This document shows, one piece after another, positions 52,047 through 64,000 of a stretch of DNA of 64,000 nt. A program made the position numbers and the translations under genes. The notes under the pieces were generated by a model that was not told where the DNA came from, did no database searches, and saw only the letters and a list, made by a program, of their open reading frames with translations. Numbering within the stretch: the stretch's first letter is position 1; the number at the start of each line of letters is the position of its first letter. Origin of the DNA: Phoronis australis (lineage: Eukaryota; Animalia; Phoronida); the NCBI GenBank assembly GCA_002633005.1, contig NMRA01000122.1, positions 848,769 to 912,768 of the forward strand, given 5' to 3'.

Positions 52047-55000
52047 CTAATGCTTTGCGTGTTTTGATCGATCTCGTTGATAATGACAATCGCTCGGACT
52101 GGTTGCTGTTGTTGAAAAATGTCCTGTTTAATCGTGAAACCTCTCTTCCAGGCGTAGTTAAGACTGACAATTCTGTTACCATTCCGTCTGGGATGTCCCA
52201 AATAATCGATGCTTGTATTTGTGTTAACCCATGTACATCTTGTAGTTTACAGGTTGTCACCGAAGAGTATGGTTCACTGTCACTTCCTAGTAACTTGCAG
52301 GTGTGGTCCACATTGCATGAGATTAACCCTGGGGATCATATGATTCCTGTTAGAGTCACGAATGTGGGTTGTAAGTCTGTTACTGTTCCTGCTGGTTCAA
52401 GCATCTGCAGCTTGGTACCGGTGGATCAGACGGCAGCTGAAATTCCGTGTTCTGATTCAGCTGAGAATTCTGAGGAGTTCACAATAAACCCAGAATTAAG
52501 TATTGAGCAGCGCGCCCGAGCCGCAAGTTTACTCAATGAATATCAAGATATTTTTGCGCAGAATGATTTGGATCTTGGTCATGTTACTCAGGTTCAGCAT
52601 AAGATACATTTGACAAGCGATGCTCCTTTTAAACACCGACATCGCTCTATTCCTCCTAACATGTTGGATGAAGTTAGAGCTCACTTAAAGGATATGTTGC
52701 AGCTGGGGGTTATCAGACCGTCCACTAGTCCATATGCTTCTAGTATTGTCTTAGTACGTAAGAAGTCTGGAGAGTTGCGATTTTGCTTAGATTTTCGTAA
52801 ATTGAACGAGATCACGGTAAAGCTTTGCCTCGTGCTACTGAAAATTTGCATACGCTCCATGGTTCTCAATATTTTTCAACTCTTGACATGAAATCTGCTT
52901 ATTGGCAGGTAGATATAGCAGAGGAAGACAAACATAAAACGGCATTCACTGTAGGTCCACTCGGATTTAACGAGTGCAATAGACTTCCGTTTGGGTTAAC
53001 CAATGCTCCTGCAACGTTTCAACGAGTGATGGAAATGTGTATGGGGACTTGTATTTGTCTGAGTGTTTGATATTGTTGGACGATATTTTGGTGTTTCGTG
53101 ATACATTTGAGAATCATCTAACCCGACTGAGAAATGTGTTTCAACGCGTACGTGAGTTTGGTATGAAACTTAAGCTGTCAAAATGTGAGTTCTTTAAGCA
53201 GCGAACTGTGTATTTGGGTCACGTGATTTCTCAACAAGGGGTCGAATGTGATCCCGATAACATAGTGGTTGTGTTGGATTGGCCTGTTCCAAAGTGTGTG
53301 AAAGACTTTTTTAGGTTTCGTGGGGTTTTACCGTCGCTTTATTCAAGACTTTGCATCAATTGCTCAGCCTCTTCATGCACTTACAAAGGGAGTAACGGGT
53401 CGTAAACGTAATTCTTCTGATACCTCGAATGGACTATTTGTTTGGGATGATAAAGAACAGTATGCTTTTGAAGAACTTAAAAACAGGTGCACAAGTAGCC
53501 CGGTACTGGCATTTGCTGATTTTACGCAGCCATTTTCTGTGCACATTGACGCCAGAATGACGTCGTTAGGTGCGGTATTATATCAGGAGTCGGGGGGATT
53601 GAATAGACCCATTGCCTTTGCGAGTCGTTGTTTGAGTGAAGCCGAGAAACGTTATCCTGTACATAAACTTGAGTTTCTGGCTCTTAAGTGGGCCATAACG
53701 TCTAAGTTTCACGATTACCTATACGGCGGTTTGCCGTTTGTAGTGTACACTGACAATCACCTTGTTACATATGCATTGTCTACAGCTAAGCTGGGTGCAT
53801 GCTCTCAGAGGTGGGTTTCTGAGTTAGCGAATTATAATTTTCAGATTGTGTACAAGACTGGTAAGTCGAATTTAGACGCTGACGCGCTGTCAAGAATAGT
53901 GTGGCCTGATTACGGCCAGGCTTTGCGTTGTGGTGTTACGACACGGAGTGGGTTGGACACTTCGTCGTCATTCCCTGCTCTAACAAACGCCGAATTAGTG
54001 AATTTACAACGTAATGATATTATTCTTGGTGGCGTGATGGAATGCTTGCGAGCAAAACGTAAGCCTGATGACACCGCAAATAGCGGTGTACGGAAATATT
54101 TGAGGTATTGGAATGATCTGTACTTAGATCGGGGAATGCTGTTCATAAACAGGGTCTCCTCAGTTGATAATGAAGTTGTTAGTATGTTAGTTGTGCCACA
54201 ATCGCTACGAAGTGAGATTATGGTGTCTCTGCATGATGCAGCTGGGCACCAAGGGTATGAGAGAACATTTGCCTTGATTAGCAATCTCTACTTTTGGGTA
54301 GGCATGCAAAAAGATGTGGCAGACTATTGCAAATCATGTGCGAGGTGTCACATTTCTAAGGGTCCATACAAGAAAACGAGGACTATCATGAGTCACTTGA
54401 CTGCATGTATACCCAATGAAGTGTTAGCCGTTGATTTTACTGTAACAGTTCTAGAGCCGTCCAGTGACGGTAGAGAAAACGTCTTGGTGATGACTGACGT
54501 ATTCACGAAGTTTACGCAGGTTGTTGTGACACGCAATCAAACTGCCCTGACTGTTGCCAAGGCTCTGACTGAGCAATGGTTCAATAAGTTCGGTATTCCG
54601 GACAGGATTCATAGCGATCAGGGTCGCAATTTTGAAAGCGATCTGGTTAAACAGTTGTGTAAATTATATGACATTCAGAAATCACGTACAACCCCATATC
54701 ATCCTGAGGGAAATTCACAGTGTGAGCGTTTTAATCGCACATTGCATAATCTGTTGAAAACTTTGCCAATTGATCACAAGCGTAAATGGCCGGAGTATGT
54801 ACAGGATCTGGTGATGTCGTGTAATTCTACTGCACACAGCACTACTAAGTACTCTCCGTTTTTCTTGTTCTTTGGCAGGGAACCGAAATTTCCTTCGGAT
54901 TTTCTCCTGCGGTTTAATGCACAAAATCTGGCATATGGTTGCACAGATGAGTATGTAAAGTTAAGAACAGATAAAATGAAAGACGCTTGGCAGCGTGCTC

Positions 55001-55272
55001 GGTATTTTACTGACACTTCGAATGATAGAAATAAAGCTAGAAATGATACACGAGTGTTCGCCCAATCACTTCCGGTTGGTGCAACGATATTTCTGAGAGA
55101 CCACAGTATCATAGGGAGGAATAAAATTCAGAATGCATTTGGTTCAGTTCCTTATTGTATTGTCTCTCGGAGAAATAATGTGTATTCTGTGCGGGCGGCA
55201 GATGGTGCCGGACCGATTAAAACTGTAAATAGGTCGGACATCTTGGATGGTAGGGACTTGGTAGGTCTCTAG
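52047..55272 (+). pseudogene. pol: Gypsy pol (dUTPase-like spacer, RT, RNase H, integrase) with three frameshifts
   Basis: SPYASSIVLVRKKSGELRFCLDFRKLN, FSTLDMKSAYWQV, LPFGLTNAPATFQR, LLDDILV (YxDD position), RNase H HIDA..ASRCLSEAEKRY..YTDN, integrase HHCC and AVDF..HSDQG..ERFNRTL. Frame changes near 52820, 53045 and 53310; ORF 53320-55272 is open for 650 aa. Confidence 0.92.
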
Positions 55273-55448
55273 TATTTTGAGTTTTGCTGCTGTTGCGAGC
55301 GCGCCAGGCGTTGCCCTGCTGAAAGTGGAATGTGCGTTGTGATGTCTGTAGCCAGTACGAGGAGACTGAATGACTTCCATTTCACTGCGCTTTGTTTTCA
55401 TATTGTATGTTAATGATGTGGGGACGACATTTTTTGTTAGGGGGAGAA

Positions 55449-55726
55449 TGTGACGGGACGTTCGTAACTTTACGTTTATTTAGTTGCAAATGTTCAGTTA
55501 TTCTTATGCTAATGTCTTTGTTGCGTCTCAGTGCGCCTTTGTTACGTGGGCATGCGGGCGCGACTGTATGTGTCTGGCACTTCGCTAGCGACAGGCTTAG
55601 TAGAAGGATGTTTCCTTCCTTTGCCTTCATGAAAATTGATCGTTATCATGTGTAACTGAACTGAAACGTATGCCTGATGAGATGAAATACACATTTTGAT
55701 GTTCAGTGGAGACTTGCTCTGTTACA
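55449..55726 (+). repeat. 3' LTR
   Basis: TGTGAC...GTTACA, preceded by polypurine tract AGGGGGAGAA (55439-55448). Confidence 0.93.
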
Positions 55727-56259
55727 TATTTATGACCATGATCTTGTTCTGTTCTTGCTCTCAGTTGACGGTCTTTTTAAACTTCTTGCAGTATGAGGAC
55801 ACTGTGGTTTACCACATGAACTTGAATATCACTATCACGGGGGTACTGTTATGCATGTGTTTTAAAAGTTAATTGTTAAGTACTTCTATCAATATGGTGA
55901 ACCTTTAAAGGCTGTGCAATAGATGGAATATTTGGTGATACCATATTATGGATGACTGTGACATCTCACGGTAACGGAGAAAACTATATGTTCAAGCTTA
56001 CTGAGTAATTAGAAAATACCCTATGTGTAGTCTCCCTGTCAAGAATCAGTTGTTTATCTCTTTCTGTGTTCCAATGCATAGCACGCGCCGACTGGTGGAA
56101 TTTGGACATGTTCTATATCTCATATTTTTATGTGTTCAAGCGTTTTTATAACGTTTTTTATGAATTTGAAGGCACTCTGTGTACTGTTTTGAGGCTCATT
56201 ATTGTAAATCGACCCTATGACAACGTATTTATCTGTTTTGATGTCACCTGAATGAAATT

Positions 56260-57160
56260 TGCAATGTCATTGCCTGTGGTATGAATGAATCCGATATCAA
56301 GTTTCCTTCTACATTCCGCACACGTGATCGGGCAGTTTGTAATAGTGTTAGTATTGGTTAACTTTTTTTCAATCTATCACAATGTTAATTTTAAGCGTGA
56401 GTTTTACACGGTCAAATTTTGATGCTGTTTACATTTACCCAAAATATATCTGCAATAAAAATATCGTATCCCATCATACCCATATGTTTCTAACGAGTAC
56501 CAACCAAGCACTCGCCTGGGTTTATGTTGGAACAAAGCATGCATGTGGTCGACTGGACGTTCTGGGTTCAACACTAGGTGATTGTCGTCAAAACCTTCGA
56601 AATGTGCGTTGGTTACTAAATAAATGTCACACGAAGGATATTTCACTGGACGACATCAATAACACGTTTCTGTACACAGTTATCAAAAAGATTCACGGAA
56701 CAGCCATGACATTGATTAATATACATAGCAGGACATCTGGAAACGGACACAGCAAAGTACTAACCTATTTTGAAGTCGTTGCCTGTAGTATGAATAAATC
56801 CGATTTCACAATTCCTTATAAAATACGTACGAGTAAGTCACTGTGTCCATGCAACACGCAGTCGTGCAGTAGCAGGGTTTTCATTTTGAAATAGTTTTAG
56901 TATTAGTTAACTTTTATTATATCTATCACTACGCCTTATTTTAGGCGTCACTTTCACATGGCCCAAATTTGATGCTGTTGTCTTACATTAACTCAAAATA
57001 TTTTTGCAATCAACTTTCTTGTCCACTTCCACCCATGATTCTATCGAGTACCAACAAAACAATCACCCTTCTACATAATGCTAAAAAGCATATATGTGGT
57101 TGACTGGCGATGTGATTGTCGTCAAACCCTGTAAATGCGCTTTGGTTACTATAAAACGGC
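56260..57160. repeat. Two diverged ~500-bp tandem copies
   Basis: gtcattgcctgtggtatgaatgaatccgat (56267) vs gtcgttgcctgtagtatgaataaatccgat (56775); downstream aaatttgatgctgtt, cgagtaccaac and gtgattgtcgtcaaa also repeat. Confidence 0.65.
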
Positions 57161-58890
57161 CACCACAACGGCAACGGCAACGGCAACGGTGTTGTCTCCT
57201 TCGCAGACCCTATACTGGATGGTGCCTGGTACAGCGCACTTTCCCAGGCCTTCACTGGTTCCCTGCGTGTCCTCGCTAAAATCTAGCCAAAATCTAGACA
57301 GTGACCATCGTCTGTGCTGGTGCAGCTAGCACAGACGACGGTCATTGTCTAGCCAAAATCACATGCTTTCATTTAAACCGTAATCTCACGCAGCCCTCGC
57401 TGGTTCCCTGTGTGTCAGCTAGGGGAAATGCGACATCATCACGCTCATTCGATCTTAAAATATTGTCGAATGAGCTGGCAACTCAAGTCACAGACATTGC
57501 GTACATGTGCCATTTTCGTATCGGCAATTTAGTGTTGGCGAATCTGAATAAACTATGAAGTGTTATTTCGAGACGGAGATGATTTCGATGTTTCCGTTGA
57601 TGACAAAGTAAGAGATATTCTGAAACCGATTTTAATAAAGTAAAAAGTGTAATTCCATTTTAGTTTTAGCCAACATCTCAACAAGATGTCCTATTTAACT
57701 AGTTGTGTCGCAGACTCGTTTTTCAGTCCGCTTGACAATAACCATAGATAAATTACTAATTTAATCCATGGTATAACGTCGAACGGTTGATAAGAGTTCC
57801 TGTGGTTGTATTACCCCAAAGGCGCTCGGTATAACTTTTTGAAGTTGTGTTTTGGTGTACTGAATTCGAGGTGATTGGTTTGCCCCTACCCGGCGATACA
57901 CACACGTACTTCAGACACCACCAATTTCGTATATAGAGCCACGATTCCTTGATTAGGTTTATCCATTAACTTCCAACAGACACAGTTACAAACAGCAACT
58001 CGTCAAAATACTAACTCAAAGCGCGAGTGCGGTCACACAAGAAAATCACTACAATGCGCAACAGTTGAACAGAAATGAAGAAATTCCAGAATAGAAAATA
58101 CAAACCTGGGGGAGAATCATACTCATGAGATTGATTGGATGCTGCTGATGGATGCAGTACAGACAATCTTCGCCAACGACCATAAGTGCTTTCTCGTTAT
58201 TATCGTTTCCAACTCTAAAAAAATCACTTCTTCCTTCCTGAATTGCAGGTCTTTCCCGCCAATGTATCCTTACGAATCCCATTATTTTCTTGTAAATCAC
58301 AGTTCTCTGTTGCAGTGTACAGAAATATTTGTTATATTGTACAATGTACGTTCAACCTCTGCCTTTTGTCGGACGTAAAAATAAGTGCAGTTTATGAGAA
58401 AACATCCGAGTTTGGATAGCGAGAAACATGCGTTAGCCACACTATGGTACAGTGTTAATTAAAACGTCCGTGCGGAGCTTGAGGGAGGAAGATAGTATAC
58501 CCTGGAGCAGGGTGACGGTAATTAGCGTAATTATAGAGGAGGCCTAAGTTTGACCAGATATTAAGCATTTTGTCATATGATGGTTTTGACGCGGCGTGTT
58601 CCCTTTTTTGATTTTATATACATTGCAATATTGGCCAATGAAATGGAGATGATTGCTTCAGCAATTAACCAGTCTCCCAAAAACTTGATTCTAGGTTGAA
58701 GTTGATTTCTTACTATTGTTTTTTGCTTGTTTTTACTAGCAATGCAAATTTCCAAAACCACTCCAATTTGTGTTAAAACTGTTATCAAGTTAAACTAAGT
58801 ACTCCAGTTGAATTTGGATTAAGAGAACGCAACGCTTGGTAATGGTACAGCCCAACATGTCTTACTGTGAATGATCATATGTATTTTTAG

Positions 58891-61442
58891 CTTTTGCCGT
58901 CAAATGTTGGAGTTGCACTGACAGTAAAGCTACACCCGATCCTCTTTGCCAAGACACGTTCATGTTGAACTCCTCCAGCCCGGAAGCCAAAAACAAAACT
59001 ATTGAGTGTTCCTCAGGATGTTTGAAGGGTGACAACGGCAGCATCTCATCTTTCCTAGGAAGTAAGTTTTTGACGAGATAGTTGTGTCAAGGTGTGGAAA
59101 CCAATCCACATCGGTGCCAGCTTCGATCAGCTAAACCCTAATCCCTGACCAGCAAACACCAAACGTGTGGTAGGCTTATGGGTCTGGGGTTGGTCTCCGG
59201 ATATGGTGTTTAGTCACCGGGTATGGAGTATTTTCGGAGCATGTATGCATGGGTAGATTATGTTCAAATGTCTGAAATTGATCATCCTATATCAAAATTC
59301 ACCAAAACACCAATTAATTTCTTCGAGGGTTCTTTCAGATTGGCAACGTAACTTTGTTTTTTGGTTAGAGTAATAAAGATTTTATCGAATTTCAGCTTGC
59401 ATCAAAATTCGTTGACGCATCATCAATTTGTTACAAGAATACATAAGTCGCTTACCGTAATTTAGATCGTCAATGAATCAATTGATTTCCTTAGAAGCAA
59501 AAACATGTTAATCAGAACCCATGCTAATTACCAGAAGGAAATAATCTTGACACATGCCAACACAACGTAAAAGCTGAAAGCATACATTGGGCGCACGGGA
59601 GACGTGGAACTCAATGGGGACTTGGGGGGGGGGTGCCTACTCTCAAGAAATTTTCAGAATGTATTTTTGTCTGAGCGTGAACTTAGATTCCATATTCCAT
59701 AAAGCCTCTCAAAGTTTGTGGGTTGAACGTACGCTTCAAAAATCACAGAAATCTTTGTTTGTCGATTGTCAGTATATGCACTTGGAGCCCCGTAATCCGT
59801 TAGACCTGCACACGATAGCCATGAATGCAGTTAGTGGTCCTAGCACAAGAGCTGTGATTTGTATCAAATTGCATATAATTTCAAAAACATAATAAAAGGG
59901 CGAAAATTTCTTCATTAGGCTATCCCAGGTCAGAGAGGGGTACCTGGAGAAATACAACTTTGCATTCCGTAAAAATTGTTTTCTTTACATTAAAATCAAT
60001 TTTGCTTTGAAAAATCTGTGCATAACAAGTTTTCTCAGACGTTTTCGAACTCTGTCTCCCGCCATGCGCCTATGCATGCCAGTCGTCACAAAGATTTCTC
60101 GTGCCACCCTCACGCCAAAAAATCCAGGATTAAATTTATATCATGTGTTCATGTAATTTCGTTATCTTCGTTTTCACAATGAATGTTGGGCATTGTGTGT
60201 CTGTGAGAGAAAGTGTGTGTCTTTTCGAATGAGAGAACTGAGAAAACTTGAATCTGCAGAACATCGTGTAGTTTAATACCATATCAATATCTATCCATTC
60301 ATCCATCTGTTAACCTACCCGTACATACTCACCTACCCATTATCCTACCTACCNGTTAGTGGTCCTAGCACAAGAGCTGTGATTTGTATCAAATTGCATA
60401 TAATTTCAAAAACATAATAAAAGGGCGAAAAATTTCTTAATTAGGCTATCCCAGGTCAGAGAGGGGTACCTGGAGAAATACAACTTTGCATACCGCGGTA
60501 AAAATTGTTTTCTTTACCTTAAAAAGCAATTTTGCTTTGAAACATCTGTGCATAACAAGTTTTCTCAGACGTTTTCGAACTCTGTCTCCCGCCATGCGCC
60601 TATGCATGCCAGTCGTCACAAAGATTTCTCGTGCCACCCTCACGCCAAAAAATCCAGGATTAAATTTATATCATGTGTTTATGTAATTTCGTTATCTTCG
60701 TTTTCACAATGAATGTTGGGCATTGTGTGTCTGTGAGAGAAAGTGTGTGTCTTTTCGAATGAGAGAACTCTGAGAAAACTTGAATCTGCAGAACATCGTG
60801 TAGTTTAATACCATATCAATATCTATCTATTCATCCATCTGTTAACCTACCCGTACATACTCACCTACCCATCATCCTACCTACCCACCAACTACAGTAC
60901 ATTCCAACCTACCTACCCACCAATCTAACAACCTAACTACCTACCCACCTACCCACTCACCTATCCACCAACCTACCTTCCCACCAACCTACCTACCCAC
61001 CAACTCACCTACCCACCAACCCACCTACCCACCAACCTACCTACCCACCAACCTACGTACCCACCAACCTACCTACCCACCTACCCACTCTTCAATCCAC
61101 CAACCTACCTAACTACCCGCTCACTTACCTACCAACCTTCCTTCCTACCTATGTATTATCGGTATAACTAATACTATTTCAAACATTTTAGCATTAGAGT
61201 GGAAGGTTCTCCGTGGTTGCTATGATCCAAACAGCGACCCGTACGGTGCAGCCAGATCAGAAGGATGCAGATATAATTACGAAAAAAAGTACAATGTGGG
61301 ACTCCTTGAGGTCACAACCAAGGGTGACGCAGGCTGCTATTGCAACAGCGATTACTGCAATGGCGCAATCAGGCTAGCCGTAACACGTGGTTTGTCGCTA
61401 ATTGGCTTAATTTGTACAGCAGTCATATTCGCAGCACTGTAG
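58891..61442 (+). CDS. Second copy of Ly6/uPAR gene exons 2 (58891-59061) and 3 (61192-61442); exon 1 not found
   Basis: Near-identical to 23490-23660 and 25053-25303 with intact splice sites and frame; the tail reads CTAVIF instead of CTEVIF. Confidence 0.75.
59830..60886. repeat. ~525-bp tandem duplicate centred on n at 60354 (probable artefact)
   Basis: 59830-60353 vs 60355-~60886 are near-identical. Confidence 0.8.
60845..61152. repeat. CCTA/CCCA/CCAA microsatellite (duplicate copy)
   Basis: Same low-complexity tract upstream of the second Ly6 exon 3. Confidence 0.9.
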
Positions 61443-64000
61443 TGTCAATACTTTTAGACAAACATAGCATGGCCTGTGACCCATTCATTGGAATCCTGTG
61501 CCTTGCTGAAAGTGACACCCACCGGCATTACTTTAAAGTGGAACTTGCACCCACGGTACGTTATTTGTGCAAAGGTCACCTATTTGCAGATTTTTTGTTT
61601 TCACATTTATAAGTTGTCAATGAATACAACTGCACTTTGTTTAACGTAGCTAGATGATGTTCAAATAGCATTGTCGTGTAGTTCCTGCTATACGTTAACT
61701 TAGTTAGGAGCATGCAAATACATCTTTAAGTTCTTTTTTCAAAAGTCACACAAACTTGTGTAGATATTCTCTTTGTCAAAATAGATTGACAACTTAGCAA
61801 CATTCGCCTCCTTCAATTACAGTAATTGATTAAGAAAGGGTATCTAAAGGGAACTACAGTTTTATGTAGCCGTCAGTGCCCTAGGTCTTGTCGACCAAAA
61901 TACAGCCAATGACGTCACTGGCTAGCTGAACTGGGCAAAAATCCCGCACCACTTCGGCTCATGTCAGGTCATTAAAAATGGACAACTTGAAATGCGGATT
62001 CATCACATCAATTCTCTAAAAACACAGGCTAGAACATATTATGCTTTTTGGCCTTGCCTTAATTACATGTACAAATGTAGTTTTACGGATGCATTAGGCG
62101 TGAAGTGACTGATCAGTTGTTGCAGGGACTATAAACCCTAAACGTGAAACAAAGCACGTAGATGATAGCAATGCACTAAAGCAGGTAAAATGTTAATCTT
62201 AACTAATCTAATGAGAGGCGGAGTTATCAGAGGCAAGAAACATTGGTGGTCGTGCAATAAACATTGAACGATACCTCGGGCATATCGGGTTAGGTGGACC
62301 TCGTAAGAGCGATGTCGACCTCGGCCTTCATCAGCGCTGCTCTCCTTGCGTCCGTGTATAACCTCATATTGCCCTCGAAGTCAGTCTGTATTTGTATTTT
62401 TATTGTAAAATTTGTAACTACCATGGTGAGAAATGGCAATCTCATGTGCTATGTATACAGGTGCTTAATTGTATTGTAATACATAATAAAATGATTTGTG
62501 TTATCTAGTTGAGCTGTTCTACATGTAGAAATGTTCAAGATAAAATTTCAAAAACGCTATTAAGGTTTTCTAAGTTGTAATTTTCTTTTCGTTTCATGCA
62601 ACTTTGTCTTTTCATAAAAATCATACAATCCTATTTTTGATAATCCCGCGGACAAAAGTGTAACATTTTAAAAATCAATTCCAAAAAGCGAGGGATTCAT
62701 ATGAATCCGATCAGGCATGATTTTTTAAATACGATGTTCCGAAGTTGGCCAAAGTTAGGCATTTTTCTAGGGACCTATGTAACCTAAACGGATCTTGACC
62801 CGTGTGTAGGCCTAAAACCTATACATGGGCTGCGCAACACTGAAATAAGTGGGGCGCTATAGCCCCCAGCCCAGTATGGTGCACCGCCCATGCAATGCAC
62901 ACACAAGGAAACCATAAAAAGCTGACCAACTCTTAAAAATGGTTAGTTTTGCAATCTGATCAAAACAGTATAAACATGAGGTAACAGCCAGCCATCAAAA
63001 TATCTCAATTTGCCCCCTCGCTCCTCTCCCCTGAGAAGGCAAGGGTTATACAACAACGGAGACTCTGGCGTATTTGGAGATGGCCTCATAAACATTGTCA
63101 CTCCAGAATAATGTTTTATCATTTTATTCACCAAACAATTTCTCAGAATTTGTGTGTTTAGAGAAATTTCTTTATGATCGACGTATGTCCCGAATGATAT
63201 AATAGTTCGTGCGTCGCATGCTCGTTACCAGAGATGAAACCTGAAGACCGGGGTAGGCGATATAACGTCTTTTATTTAATGACTACTACTATTACAAGTA
63301 AGGTCATTTATATGACAAATACAATTACAAGTAAGGCCAGTTATATGACTATTACAATTACATGTAATAGGTAGTGACTAAACATAGGTAAGGTAAAAAA
63401 TACTAATCTCTGGTAAGATGGCCAAATGAAAAGTGTCGGCCACGTGGAGGTACGAGGGAATGCCGAAAAAAGGGATGGTAGGGGGTGGGAAAATTTTAAG
63501 AAGTTTTCGACGTACGTCGACGAGGCCGGAACGAAGGAGTTGAACAGGAAACTAGCTCCTAAGCACGGTTTTAACTATATATTAATAAAAATAGTCCCAG
63601 GTGATCAGTGCAATGGGCCCACATGCGAGGTCCTGCGCACGTCTGGTACAACGTGTATCAGACCGCCTGTAGTTGTTTTTTTTTAAGAGGTGAGTTTGTT
63701 ATTGCTTGAGAATGCTCAACAAACCAAGTTCTTGAGCCTGGCCTCAATCAAGTATCATTTGTTACATGTTTTCTTTCCGTGCCCGTAAATCGTCTCTCGT
63801 TTGAGATAGCATCTAATTGGCACCATGTACTAATTTTATAACAGTAACTGTACCTAAATCAAAAGGTATTTTGTCGAAAGGTCAGCTTATAGCAGCTTTA
63901 ACTGTAAAGTTGATGGGAGTCAGAAGGCTAATAGTATATAAACTGTCAGATGGTCGCCAGGTGGCGTTGTCACTGCTCTACTGTAAACATAACATAACAC

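Larger units (their letters stand above)
51285..55726 (+). mobile_element. Gypsy/Ty3 LTR retrotransposon, gag-deficient, pol frameshifted
   Basis: 278-bp TG...CA LTRs at 51285-51562 and 55449-55726 (5 differences counted); PBS and PPT present; RT-RNaseH-IN order; flanks TATG/TATT (4-bp TSD with one mismatch). Confidence 0.95.
57190..64000 (+). repeat. Segmental duplicate of 21790-~28135 (continues past the window end)
   Basis: Collinear from tgttgtctccttcgcagacc (initial offset 35400) with a few percent divergence; lacks ~280 bp corresponding to ~27780-28060. Confidence 0.93.

Noticed and set aside
56382-56894. 170-aa ORF
   Set aside because: No recognisable domain, and the frame is not preserved in the adjacent tandem copy.

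Overview
Repeat-rich, AT-rich eukaryotic DNA from a draft animal genome (probably an invertebrate; the taxon cannot be fixed from sequence alone). Two spliced genes can be reconstructed on the + strand. The first is a divergent carnosine-synthase (CARNS1)-like ATP-grasp ligase (exons 7976-8285, 9357-9515 [repeated at 10625-10783], 13673-13891, 14441-15145; 5' start not found) whose reading frame requires a GC-AG intron. The second is a 158-aa signal-peptide + Ly6/uPAR three-finger + GPI-tail protein (18760-18814, 23490-23660, 25053-25303). A pseudogenised partial copy of the ligase lies at 27.5-30.4 kb. A ~6.5 kb near-identical duplicate (57190 to the window end) carries a second copy of Ly6 exons 2-3 with no visible exon 1. 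Mobile DNA includes a 5'-truncated RNase H-bearing LINE, a decayed Academ transposon with TIRs and TSD, a Gypsy LTR element with both LTRs, PBS and PPT, Helentron-associated (DINE-1/HINE-like) elements, a tRNA-derived SINE-like head and several MITEs/foldbacks. About 19 kb (32-51 kb) is an old, rearranged array of ~2.3 kb units containing exon-like blocks. Several ~0.2-1.3 kb tandem duplicates centred on single 'n' bases are most likely haplotype-overlap assembly artefacts. Identities quoted are estimates by eye.
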